Positions 24,290 to 38,100 of a stretch of 64,000 bases of DNA are shown piece by piece. Made by a program: the position numbers and the translations under genes. The number at the start of each line of letters is the position of its first letter. The first letter of the stretch is position 1. The stretch is from Veleropilina oligotropha (Eukaryota). The stretch lies in assembly GCA_048128005.1 (NCBI GenBank), contig JBEUKZ010000123.1:248001-312000 (forward strand), given 5' to 3'. The notes beneath the pieces were generated by a model. That model ran no database searches. It saw only the letters and a list, made by a program, of their open reading frames with translations, and was not told where the DNA came from.

Positions 24290-24935
24290 GCATGGGTGAG
24301 TCGCAGAAGGGAAGTACGAATGATGGTAAGCAAGTGTATGCAGTATCAAGTCAATCCAAGAAGGCAGATGGAAGTTATAGCAGAATGGAGTTACTCGCAT
24401 GCAAATACTGTTCCAATGAGCTAAGTCATTTGACCTTGGGCATAGGGGCAATATGGGTGGGTCGCAGAAGGGAAGTATGAATGATGATAAACAAGTGAAT
24501 GAAGTATAGAGTCAATCCATGAAGGCAGATGGAAGTTATAGCAGAATGGAGTTACTCGCATGCAAATACTGGTCCGAAGCGCTAAGTCATTTTACCTTGA
24601 CCTTGGGCATAGGGGCGACTGGATGGGTCACTTAGCGAAGTATGAATGAGGAGGAGGAATGATGCTTAATGTCGTGTATATTTATAACATCGAGGTTCAA
24701 GGCAGGACATGTCCGTGTTATCGCGGGAGGAAACCCCGGTCGCCGGGTAAACCCGCCCTCTTCGGCCAGTCACGGACAACTGTGCTTCATAACTTGAACA
24801 AATGTGTGCTGCCTCAGCCGGGGGTCGATCCCACTACTGTTCGCGTCAGCGGAAACAAGCCAGTGAATTTAGAGTGGACACTCTACCCATGAAGGTAGAT
24901 GGAAGTTATAGCAGAATGGAGTTACTTTCACGCAA
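24290..24935 (+). repeat. ~165-bp tandem repeat (about 3 units) interrupted by a SINE A copy (24650-24889, -)
   Basis: AGATGGAAGTTATAGCAGAATGGAGTTACT recurs near 24366, 24527 and 24897. Confidence 0.8.
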
Positions 24936-25671
24936 TACTGGTTTTCGGGATGGAGAGACAAGGGTAAATCTAAATGCTCCCAGGCATAAAAATCACAACA
25001 CAGTCACATAAGGTGGGCACGGTTGATCGAAAACTGATTTTGATCTAAAATGGACAGCCGGTCGGCTTCACTTCTGGAGATGGTGCCTGTCTAAAAATGC
25101 ATTGCACCAAACCATGAAAAATGTATGGAAGAGATTTGTTTGGGAACCGTGAGTACCTACCCAAGCTAAACCTGAATGCATTAATTTGATGATAGAAATA
25201 AATACATCTACATAGGGCGACAACAGATTCAAGTACACTTATGTCCCTCAGAAGTGTACATCTCTTTTCATAGTATGTTCTAGGGTACTAATCTGTACAG
25301 GAAAGTTTTTATTAACAACAGTGAGCGTAGTTACCTGAAGATGTAACAAGTCTGTTTATTTTTAGCATACATTTGTTGATATCCGATTGCCAAAACAGAC
25401 CAAAAATAGTATCATGGATTTTCTGACTGCTTATGTTATTTCACAATATGCAAGATTTCCCACCGAATATCGTTCTTCATTTCTTGACGTAAATATTCAA
25501 CAAAACAATGTCTTTCAATAATTACCAGAGGTTTAATGTTCTATCAGGAGAGTTATTAAGATTATTTTTGTCTGCTATATGCGTAATAGTCTGAGAGAGC
25601 ATGGTAAAACTCATTTTCCAGAAAATGAATGTTAATAAAAAGGCAAATTCCAAATTAAAAATGGTCAACAG

Positions 25672-25677
25672 TTTATT
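25672..25677 (-). terminator. Candidate polyadenylation signal of PARPBP
   Basis: AATAAA on the minus strand ~225 nt past the stop codon. Confidence 0.4.
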
Positions 25678-25901
25678 TGTCATATGAATAATAAAAGTAG
25701 CAATAAATGTAAAAATTCTTTCAAGCTACATGTAATAATTTAAAATAATTTTAAACTATAAAACAAATATTTACACATTCGCTGAGATATTGCACAATTC
25801 TATATCAAAGTTGTATTTTTAAGTTATAGTGTACATTCAATACCAGATTAAGTTACAGTTAAAATTGACAGGAGATAATATAAAAGTGACTCGTCATATT
25901 T

Positions 25902-26193
25902 CTACATGCGGAAAAACTTGGCCAATGACTGCTGGCCTTGAACTTGGGGTAATAATTTCCTACGACATGTCTTTTTCGGTTGTTGTACCTTTGTCTTCTT
26001 ATTTGCTGGCTGTTCTGCGTTGCTTAACTGACGTTTTGGTGCCTGTTTTTTCTCGGCCATTCCACGCTCTTTCGCATTCGGAGATGGCTGGCGTGGTGCG
26101 TTTTCCTGGTCGTTTATTGTCTCGCTGGGTTTCCTCGTCGTGGGACCAATGTTGGACTTGGCATCATTGCAACTGGCATCTACCAATGTTTTG
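25902..26193 (-). CDS. PARPBP: PARPBP terminal exon with PIP box
   Basis: tttcag|...KKTCRRKLLPQVQGQQSLAKFFRM*; QxxLxxFF PCNA-binding motif. Confidence 0.9.
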
Positions 26194-29100
26194 CTGAAAA
26201 TGGAAAGACATTATTATTACCAGTGTGCATACATTTGATAGATGATATTCATAATAATCCCTGCAACAACGAAGTTGTCTGGGGATATAGAAACGAGTTC
26301 CGTCCGTCCATGCAAATTATCTTTTTCAGAGCATATCTCGTAATCCGCTCGACGTAACTTCACGAAACTTGGTGAATGGCTTAAGTAGCACGTGAACTGG
26401 TGACTTTTGCTAATTTCGACGTTGTGCAACGATTATTAACAGAGTTACTGCCCTTGCCTTAAATTCATTGTTATTATATTTTCCAGAGTGTATCTCATAC
26501 ACCGTTCGACATAACTGTACAAAACTTGCTGGGTATTTTAAGTTGATGGTGAACTGGTGCCTTTTGCTCATTTCGACGTTGCACTGCTATTATTCAGAGT
26601 TATTGCCCTTGTTGAAAATTTGTTTATGTAATCTTTTCCGGAGCATATCCGTCCATGCAAATTACACGAAACTTGGTGAATGGATTAAGTACCAGCTGAA
26701 CTGGTACCTTTTGCTAATTTCGACGTTGTGCAACAATTATTAACAGAGTTACTGCCTTTGTCTTAAATTCTTTATTATTCTCTTTTCCGCAGTGTATCTC
26801 ATACACTGCTCGACATAACTTTACAGCAAGTTTCGTAAAGTTAAGTAGCTGGTGTACTGATGCCTTTTGCTAATTTCGACGTTGCAATCCACCTAATTGT
26901 CTTCACAGTTAGCAGTAATCCTTGCGGGGGATATCGATGACTGTGTCTTCTTGTTTGTATATGGTTGTCCATTGATCAATCATGATATCATTAAAATTTT
27001 CTAGACAAGGAAAACAGAGTAATCTCCCTTACATTCAACAATGAATACATGCAAATATTCACCAGAAACAAGAGGAAAGTTTTTATACTTGTTACTTTCA
27101 TATTGGTTAATTACAAATTGCCAACACTTGGTGAAAACTGTACTGGCAATTTATAAAAATGTGCAATGACTGAGTTCAAAGATTAGGCTTTTGCAGTGTT
27201 TTGGGGTATCTATAGACTACAACTTATTTCCACCAACACCAAAACACCAAAATTAAAGTAAGCCTGTGGCTACATTGTAGTATAAGAGCGAACTTTATAT
27301 CGTAAGGTTATAAGACTTAATATGGTTATTTCTACTTATAGATGCGGAGGAGGAGGAATGCTGCTTCATGTCCTGTATATTTACAACATCGAGGTTCAAG
27401 GCAGGACATGTCCATGTTATCGCAGGAGGAAACCCCGGTCGCCCGGGTAAACCCGCCCTCTTCGGCCAGTCGCGGACAACTGTGATTCATAACTTGAGCA
27501 AATGTCAATGCCTCAGCCAGGTATTGAACCCACCACTGTTCGCATTAGCAGAATCAAGCCAGTGAATTTAGGGTGGACACTCTTACCCACTGCACTGCCG
27601 AAGCGGCCACTTATAGATGCCCTGTGGTTAACAATTCAATTCACTTTATTTAGCCAGTTTTGCATTTGGTTCATATATTATTTATATTATATGTGTGGCC
27701 TGCAGATCTATCTTGGAAACCATTTCACGTGATTGATCATGCATGGTAGAAGTATAGCTTAGACATTTTCTTTGCATTCATCGCACTGAATATAAATCAA
27801 AACTAGTGTGCAAGTTAGTAGCCACTAAATGTGAAACGATTTGCAAACTATGCTTACTGTCACTGACGTAAATGCTCATATAGTATATACATAACCCTAA
27901 AAGACTCGCATTACAAGGTAAAATACATGCATATTTCAATTAGAAGTAACTATTTTATTGACAAATAAGATTTCATTTGAGTTTATTACCTTGTTTGCAC
28001 AATGACTGCCCTCTGTTCACAAATGACATCTGCTTTGCCGGGTTGAAGGTTGTCTGGATGGGCCCAGTCTAGATGAGACTTGTACCGCTTGTTCTGGATG
28101 GGTGTCTGATAAATATTCAAAATGATACACATACAACCGTCATGTGATGTTTGATAAAAAGCATTTTCATTGTGCAACAATATCCCTCATTAGCTGCCTT
28201 GCTCATCTAATGATTACAAAATTACATTTTGTATATGTGCTATAAATATAGCAGACAGAAATTTGCTTAAATTAGTCATAAACTTTTATCATTAAACGTT
28301 GATCTCCTACAGTCATTGATTATATCCAAATATTTGTGGATGATTTAGTCTTACAGGAAATAACATGTAAAAAGATTAAAAAGTGAATTTAATTAATTTC
28401 CTTACTCTAGCAGAAATGCTGCTATTCAGTAGGCGCTCGGCCAATGATTTGTTGCACACGTCATCTGGACTGCATTCGATGGGGGACCTGAAATGGTGAC
28501 GAATAGAATTGTTACATCTACAAAGCTTCAATAATTCTTGACACTTAGAGACAGTGAAAATTGTCTTAACGCGTTTTACGTAATAGATAGTACCCAGACA
28601 CCTGCCATAATTAACGGAGTGGAAGTGAGTGGAATTATGAAGATATCATGCAGGGGTGTCAGGGTATTATCTTTTATACATACAAAAGCAATCTATTGTA
28701 AATTGCAAACTAACCCCTTAAAAGCATAATGAACAGCCGATATCGCCCCATGGGCGTTATGTGGGAAATGGACTCTTCTATCACCACCTTGTTAATTTCT
28801 TTGTCAGTGAATTTGGCACCTTATCAATTTAACCTCACTCTGGTTAATTCCATTGTCTGCAGAACAATGGAGTAACTGACCCTAGGTTTGTACATGACTA
28901 TATCACGTCCATGGTATGTATTACGATCTATCGCATGCCTTTTAAAGTGATGCCGTAAAGACGGATGTGCAAGCTCATGGAAATCATTTCAATTTATAAT
29001 TTGGTCACACATGCAATGAATATGGTCAAATTTAATGTCAAAAGGAATGTGGCAGAATAATTTTTTTATTCATTGATCGTATTATAGTAGCAGATTCTTT

Positions 29101-32100
29101 TTGGTTCGGACCTAAACTGTGAGAGTAGCGATGGGATGCGTATGGGGGTCTTCTGGCTGGTGAACACGTCACCGAGCACATCCAGGTAGCCTTCCCTATA
29201 AGGTGACGTCGATGTGTGGTCCAGAAGACTGCGGATAATCCTCAGAGTTTTACGTCCAATCAGCGAACCACCGCAATTAGCCGGCTAAAAATCAGATATC
29301 ACATGGTTAATAATATCCTATAAAGTGGGAAAATCTCAGAACTGCATACATGTGATAACTCTCGCCGGGAGTATAATTCTCCCGAAATCGGCACCCACAA
29401 AATGGCCTACTCCCGGAATATCTTTATTTCTCCCTCAAAGCTATTTTCGCAATGTTATTTCTTATCTGCAATAGTGTTGGAGTGGGTATACGGAACTCGT
29501 TTAATAAGTTGTCTACTCGTCAAATACAGTAGATGATGTAACAATATACCTCTACATACATTGTGTAGATAGAACGCGATAGAGCATGAAGATTCGTGTC
29601 AAAATATTCGTTTGATACGCAGTTTTAATACCACAAGCACTCAGTGTTCCTTTGTTGAAACATTGAAGCGTGCTTTTGTGTTGATAGCTGTCGCGTAGTA
29701 ATTTCGGGAACTACTTACAGAAATATACGAGTGCTTTCCGACTTGCATATCTCTTTATATTGCATTACAAAATAATCTTGCACCGGGTATTAAATTTCTA
29801 CTATTTAATACGAAGATAATTTTCGAATCAACGTTGTGATCTATTTGATGTAGGCCCGTAGTTCACAAAGAATTAGATGTCAATAGAGCTAATAAAGCAA
29901 ATTAATTGGGAATAAATGCTATGAAAACGTCTATTGTTTAATTACTAGCAAGAATGGCGGTTTCATCAAGAGTTTCAGTAGAGTTGCCAAATAATAGGGA
30001 TTAGCACAACTGACATGCTCTGAGTTCGAGTGATTTAATACAAGTTCGCGTTTATCGGCAAAGTACATAGCTATTAGGCCTAACCGCAAAGGTAATCTGG
30101 ATTTAAAAATATAAGAGGATTAATGATAATCGGCTTTTTTAGGTTTAATTTTGCTATGACAACATATGTTACTATGCTGATCAAGTATTTAAGGCTGTGC
30201 ATATTGTACTAGATTGAAGATATATATAGTAAGCATTGTAAATATTTAAGGTTGTATTATATAATTATTTTATGGTGTTTAATATATATATATTTATTGG
30301 TATTGTTTTGATTGCATAAATAAAATAATATTTCATTTCTATGAATGCCTTTTTATTCAAATAATTTCAAATATATGACGAAATCGACGATAAAATGCTA
30401 CGATAAAAATACTCCTGGAATCTTCTGGAATATTGACCCCAACCTCCTGGAATGGTATTTTGGGTTTATCACATGTATGGAACTGTCCTCGATAGCTCAA
30501 CTGGTAGAGCGCCAGAAAATCATTTTGTAGTACTGTAGGATGTGGCTTTGATTTTCACACCAAGGTGGGTTATTCAAACTTTTTAAGATAATACATGGGA
30601 TGGTTTAAAAATCTATTATCTGTCCTTCGAAAGGAGACAATAAACTGAGGATCTTACTACAGATATGATGCCAGGGAAAGTTTTAAAAATAGATGGTCGC
30701 AATGCCACCATATAGCTCGCCTGACGTGCTTCTTTATTTATATAAGCTGACCTTTGACTGATTGTGTTCCATATATCTTTAAATTATTTGTTTGGTCTGC
30801 TTTGAATTTATTTCAAATATTAGGTGATAATTTGAACCCTGACCAGTTGACAAGACTCTTGTATAATGACAACAAATACTGCCATTTCAAGAAACCATTG
30901 GAATGAACCAATGGGAAGACAGTTTTAAAAATCAGTTTTTTATTTTGATAATTCCAGCTTCACAGTGACCATTACCTTAAAACAGCTTACTATGCCTATT
31001 GGCAGTGAGCAAGTCTTACAGATGTCCATTTCATCATGCACACATAATAAATAAATAAAAACATTTATTTACCATTTATATTAATATTCATAGAAAGAAT
31101 GTTACTGCATCATGCTCATTAGTGACAGACATAACCAAATTCTCAATAATAACTGCTATAGTTTGTTATCAGAAAATAATCCATGTAAACATTTACCTTA
31201 ACACAAAAGTAAACAAGCTAAAAAATCACATTTTTATCCCAAAGTACTTTTCCAGTAACATGATTAATTTATAATTAGTATTTGGTTGGTATAGTTCACA
31301 TATTCCAATAAAAAAGTTGGTATCTGATATAACTATTTACCTCGAACGGAAATGTTTAAAAATCATCATCTAAACATTTTCCTTAACGCAAAATCAAAGT
31401 TCATATAAAGCATGTTTCAACCAAAAAATACCCCAATAATATACGTATTACCATTAACAGCATAGCAAGGAGTGACCTACACATAAACTTATTGGAAATT
31501 AGAGTCATTGCTTGAGATCAAAGTAGATAAACTTCACCTAAACATTTTCCTTAATGCAAAAGTAAACAAGTTAAAAAATAGACAGCCGCCCGGCTATCAG
31601 GAACCCCAGCCTTATATAGCAATCAGACTGCCATATAAAATCTGTGATCTTGACCTTGCCAGTAGCCCTTGGCTAAACACTGTGCTAACTGTCCATCATG
31701 AAGAAGTTCGGATGAAAAAATAATTTAAAAGAAAGAAAAAATTGTGAGTATATTTAGACCTCTGTGACCTTGACCTTTGACCAAAGGCCATTACCGGCCC
31801 GGACAAAATTTAAGGGTCAAAGGTCATTGCCGCAATGTCAAAGGTCATTCACATGAAATTTCGCCACCATGGCCTAGCGTATGATAGGGTAGTTAGCATA
31901 CCATATGAAATCAAGGTAACATGTTTGGTAGCCGAGATATAGACCGGACAACATTGCAAATTGCGAATATATTTTGACCTCTGTTACCTTGACCTTTGAC
32001 GAAAGGCCATTTTTCGTATTTGTTATATGATGTACTAACCCTAAAGTAAAGGAATAGTTTGGCGCCGAAAAATAAAAAAATTACGAAAAATAAAAAAAAT

Positions 32101-35100
32101 CTAAATATAGAAAATTTGTGAATGTCACTACGCAGAGGTCAAAGGTAAAATGATCCAAATTTTACTTCCATGCACAGGTTTGAAGTATAGGCAACACATA
32201 TAAGAAAAAATGAGAAGGCTAACATGTTTGGTCTCCGAGAACCGGCCCGGACAAAATTTAAGGGTCAACGGTCATTGTCGCAAGGTCAAAGGTCATTCAC
32301 GTGAAATTTCGCCACCATGCACTAGCGTATGACAAGGGTAGTTAGCATACCACATGAAATCAAGGTAACATGTTTGGTAGCCGAGAAATGGGCCGGACAA
32401 CATTGAAAATTGTGAGTATATTTTGACCTCTGTGACCTTGACCTTTGACCAAAGGCCATTTTTCGTATTTGTTATATGATGTACTAACCCTAAAGGAATA
32501 GTTTGGCCCCGAAAAATAAACAATTATGAAAAATTTAAAAAATCTAAATATAGAAAATTTGTGAAGGTCACTACGCAGAGGTCAAAGGTCAAATGATCAA
32601 AATTTTACTGCCATGCACAGGTTAAGTATAGGGAACACATCTAAAAAAAAATTAGAAGGCTAACATGTTTGGTCTCCGAGAACCGGCCCGGACAAAATTT
32701 AAGGGTCAAAGGTCATTGCCGCAAGGTCAAAGGTCATTCACGTGAAATTTCGCCGCCATGCACTAGCGTATGACAAGGGTAGTTAGCATACCACATGAAA
32801 TCAAGGTAACATGTTTGGTAGGCGAGAAATAGGCCGGACAACATTGAAAATTGTGAGTATATTTTGACCTCTGTGACCTTGACCTTTGACGAAAGGCCAT
32901 TTTTCGTATTTGTTATATGATGTACTAACCCTAAAGGAATAGTTTGGCCCCGAAAAATAAAACAATTACGAAAAATTAAAAAAATCTAAATATAGAAAAT
33001 TTGTGAAGGTCACTACGCAGAGGTCAAAGGTCAAATGATCAAAATTTTACTGCCATGCACAGGTTTTAAGTATAGGGAACACATCTAAAAAAAAATTAGA
33101 AGGCTAACATGTTTGGTCTCCGAGAACCGGCCCGGACAAAATTTAAGGGTCAAAGGTCATTGCCGCAAGGTCAAAGGTCATTCACGTGAAATTTCGCCGC
33201 CATGCACTAGCGTATGATAAGGGTAGTTAGCATACCATATGAAATCAAGGTAACATGTTTGGTAGCCGAGATATAGGCCGGACAACATGAGCCGCCCGTC
33301 CGTCCGACCGCCCGCCCCGGGCGATGACAATAACCCCAGCTTTTTTTTAAGCTGGGGTTAAAAATCAGTTTTATCTCAAAAATACTTTTCCAGTAACATG
33401 CTTAATTTAGAATTAGTACTTGGTTGTTAGGTCATATGATCCAATAAAATAAAAGTTGAATATATCTGATATAACTAGTTACCCTGAAAGTAAATGTTTA
33501 AAAATCATCATCTAAACATTTTCCTTAACATCAAATCAAAGTTCATATAAAGCATGTTTCAACCAAAAAATACCTCAATAATGTGCCTATTACCATTAAT
33601 AGCATAGCAAGGAGTGACCTAAACATAAACTTATTGAAAATTAAAGTCATTGAGATTATAGAAGATGAACATCACCTAAACATTTTCCTTAACACAAACT
33701 GGAGACGCCGACACCGACGCCGACGTATGAGCTGCTGATGACAATAGCTCTACTGTTCTTCAAACAGGCGAGCTAAAAATGTGATCATAAAAGTAAACTG
33801 ATTTGCATGACATCACAAACAAACTCTGCACAACTTAATGTTGCCATCTGTAAATCTCATTTTAAAGTAATAATGACATTGTTTCTGTAACAATATTGTA
33901 TTTAAATTTTTACCTTATCTGGACTTTTAAATGATGTGGTTTCAGCATCAGTGATAATGTCAGCTGTTCGTTCCTGCAGCCTTTTCGTCACGCTTTCAAC
34001 ACTAGCCGGCCGAATACGATTATCCTTGCATTTGATGATCACATTCTTGATCGTGTTCAACACTCTCTTACACGCAGAGCTGATGATAAAGATGATATAA
34101 CGTTACATGAAACATTCAAATACTAGTATGTCAAAATGACTTTTTGTTGCGAAAGTATAAATAACCAAAAGCCACATGATCAATTTCTTGATCAATCATT
34201 ATACTTCTTAAATTGCGTTAAATATCAAATATATCGCCAACTAGAGACTGTTTAATAATCACGAATGCCCTGCTTATGGTATATATATTTCAGAGTTGTG
34301 TGACTTTGAAAATAGGTCAAAAGTCGCTCATCTTCAAACTTTTCCTAGGGACCATGGGCACCAAACATTATAATGTCCAGTACATAATGTTTCATATTTG
34401 GGATGACACATATTAATGGATAAATACAAATAGACCTTCCTGCTCTTACGCTATATTGGGTTCCTCTTCAATGATGGTCTGGAGTTTGTGCATGACATCG
34501 GTGAATTCTCCGAGACCCTTGATGTGAGCTGCGAGAGGACAGTCGGCATCCGGGGCATAACCCCGCCCGCCAAGGCGGACCTTCATCACATAAGATGTCG
34601 CAACCTAAAACACATCGAGATCATCAGTCAAGAGCAAAGATGCACAATCACCTAGTTGTGTGTACTTTGTATTCGTAGCATTCTATATAGGCCTGGATAA
34701 TTGTCAAAATATGATTGTATAAACTGATCACATCACAATATAGTTGTTCAAACGAGTAGAGACGAAAAGATCTCAATTGTAAGTTCAGTAAAATTTATAT
34801 TGAAACAGGCCAAGCACCGATATCCTCATACAGAAGTTCAAAACAAAGCTATATCGCGCCAACCTGGTACATTGGTAGTTTCTTCTCCTTGGCCATTCGT
34901 CGGAGCTCGGTGAACGCCTGATGGTCGATGTCTCTGTTCGGCGTGTTGATGGTGCGTGCCAAGGCCAGCTGACTGCGTGAATTCACCAGCAGTTGAAGGT
35001 AGGACATCATGATGTGTTGGACACAGCACTGCAATAAGCATGCAGTGAGAAAAATGATTTTCTTGAATATCAAATTATGTACAATAGCCCAATCTTGTTT

Positions 35101-38100
35101 TTGCATCCCCAGATTGCATTTGACAGGTTCTTGAAATGAAACCTTCATTTCTCTGAAACAATTTGATGAAAATTTCCAATTCTAACGTTTGCGAATTAGT
35201 GTTTTCAATACAATCAACAGATCACACTCTATCTGTTAATAACTACAGATGTTATCCATGCCAAATTAACAAATCTTTCTATTTAATGAATGTTATGGAA
35301 TTTGAAAAGAGCCACTTCAATAAAAATTAGAATGTCATGCATTTACATTGTTTTAACATAGACAATCTGAAATCGCATTCTAACTACTAACTAATCAATT
35401 AATAATAATATGTAACTATAGGTATGCTCCTCATACTGGCATGCCTTTTGTATATAATACATCCATCGAGATTAAATAATCAATAACTCTAATATATAAA
35501 TTTCCTAGTAACTGTCAGAAAGTATATATTTTACAATAGATCATATGACCTTGACCTTTGACCCAGTGACCCCAACTTTGAACTTATGCAAGGCCTAATG
35601 GTATACAAGTTGTATACCAAATATAAAAGGTGTAGGTCTAGCGGTTTGTGGTCTATGTGACAGAGAGCAATCTTCCAAGTCAAGAACGGAAATACACGAA
35701 AATGACCTTGATCTTTGACCCAGTGACCCAACTTTGAACTTATGCAACGCCAAGGCCTATAATCACTGAGTAATGGTATAATAATAATAATAATGGACAT
35801 TTATATTGCGCCGTATCCGCCCAGGTACGCACGCTCACAGCGATATCACATAATTACCCCTGGTTTTTCGGCCTGTTCTCATCTAGAACCCATCTCAACT
35901 CTCTCTGAGAGCATTACAGTCAAGCTGCCACTGACGGCGCTACGACTAATTATCACACCGACCAGGTACCCATTTAGGTCGGCTGGGTGAACCGAGGCAA
36001 ATATGTGCTTATTTCCTTGCCCAAGGGAAATCGCCGAGCTTTGGGGGCGAACGTGAGACTCTGCAACCAGAGTCCCGTGAACAACCCACTGAGCCACGAC
36101 AAATATGAAAAGCATAGCTTCAGCGGTTCATCTTGTATGCGCCAGAAAGCGATTTTCCAAGTCAAGAACTGAAATACACGAAAATGACCTTGAACTTTGA
36201 CCCAGTGACCCCATCTTTGAACTTAGGCAAGGCCTGATGGTGTACAAGGTGTATACCAAATATGAAAAGCATAGCTTCAGCGGTTCCTCTTCTAGGTGAC
36301 AGAAAGCGATCTTCCAAGTCAAGAACGGAAATCCACGAAAATGACCTTGACCGTTGACCCAGTAACCCCATCTTTGAACTTAGGCAAGGCCTGATGGTGT
36401 ACAAGGTGTATACCAAATATGAAAAGCATAGCTTCAGCGGTTCCTCTTCTAGGTGACAGAAAGCAATCTTCAAAGTCAAGAACAGAAATACACAAAAATG
36501 ACCTTGACCTTTGACCCAGTGACCCCATATTTGAACTTAGGCAAGTCCTGATAGTATACAAGGTGTATACCAAATATGAAACGCGTACATCCAGTGGTTC
36601 GTCATCTATGTGACAGAAAGCGATCTCCCAAGTCAAGAACAGAAATACTCGAAAATGACCTTGACCTTTGACCCAGTGATCCCATTTTTGAACTTAGGCA
36701 AGGCCTGATGGTATACAAGGTCTGGTGTATACCAATATGAAAAGCATACGTCCAGTGGTTCGTCTTCTGTGAGAGAAAGCGATTAACGGACACCGACGGA
36801 CGCAAGTCCACGACTATAGCCCTGCCTAGTAGGCGGGCCAAAAATGAAAGCAAAACATATTTTAATCCAAATCTCAAAATGTCAAGCCAGTACTTCCATT
36901 TTTACAATAACCAAGTAATTTATGACATAATGATATAAACAAAATTGGGTACCTCTGTTGCTGACATTGGTGATTGGGTCATTCCCGTGACGACGGTGGT
37001 GTTGATGACCCTGTCTTTTGTGGATGTCACAAAGCTAACGCACACCTCGTCCAGCTCTCCCTCCCCAGAGTCGGATACTACTTCCACAACGTCCCTCGCA
37101 TCACATAAATATTTCAACATTGCTTGCTGCGAAATAAAAATTTATTTCACAATCACTCATACAAGTTACAATCACACATCTGTTGAAGCTTGAAGCTATA
37201 GAAAATGATGCGGATAAAGACACAACCTCATCTGAGTTTGAAGTTAGGCACAACAACCAATATGCCATTGGCAGGCTATGTGTAAAATATCACAGCACAG
37301 TTGTATCAAGTGGGCACCACACACTTTGATTTTGATCTAGAACAGTCAGCCAGACAAAAGTGTCAACACTTATGGAGGTGGTGCCCACCTAAGAAATATT
37401 TTTTGTCAGAAATAAACATGTATAAAACCTATAAGTCAAATAATAGTACATGTAGCAACAATTTCACAGGGAATAAAAATTATGTATTCTTGTATTGGTT
37501 ATAACGTACACACATGAATATGGCCAAATCAAGTTAATGATTTTATTATATGCCAGTCGTTTTCTGACGCCTATTCTCGTTTTCCGAGACCCTGTATCAC
37601 GGACACAGCTGATAACGATTCAGAAAACGTCTCCTGCTTATATATGCACAGGAAAACGTCTCCTGCTTATATATTCAAAATGGCTGACAAATCGTAGGAA
37701 CTACTTCCAATATAGTCCTATACTATTTCAACCTCCTTTACAGATTGGTGACTAAAATTACCATAATCTTTCGATTCAATTTAATAAGAAACTTGTTGTG
37801 GCATATAATAAAAATGTTATCAGTTATTGTGTGGATTCTGGCACATCGGAAACCTCTCGTGACGTCGTACTTTTTGCGGCGGATAAATCGCTCGAACGAA
37901 GTCACTCGAGGTTTCTGATGTGCCAGAATCCACACAATACTGATAACATCATTGTACCAGCCTCTAAAACAAAGCGCCTTTATCATTCTTACAGTGCTCC
38001 TAACACATCGTTGCTGCATTGGTAGTCCAGTGGATAAGAGTGCAGCCTCTCAATCCACTTACTTGGCTGCTCTGTCTAATAGGAGTGCGTTCTCAGCTGG

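Noticed and set aside
22419..27732. Recurring ORFs [15 protein letters not shown]... (19142, 22419, 27368)
   Set aside because: Antisense translations of SINE family A copies, not a gene family.
30486..30570. tRNA-Tyr-like 5' half
   Set aside because: No intact anticodon arm, T-arm or acceptor pairing; more likely a decayed SINE head.
35531..36877. Repetitive minus-strand ORFs (MTWKIAFCH...)
   Set aside because: Artefacts of the 157-bp tandem array.
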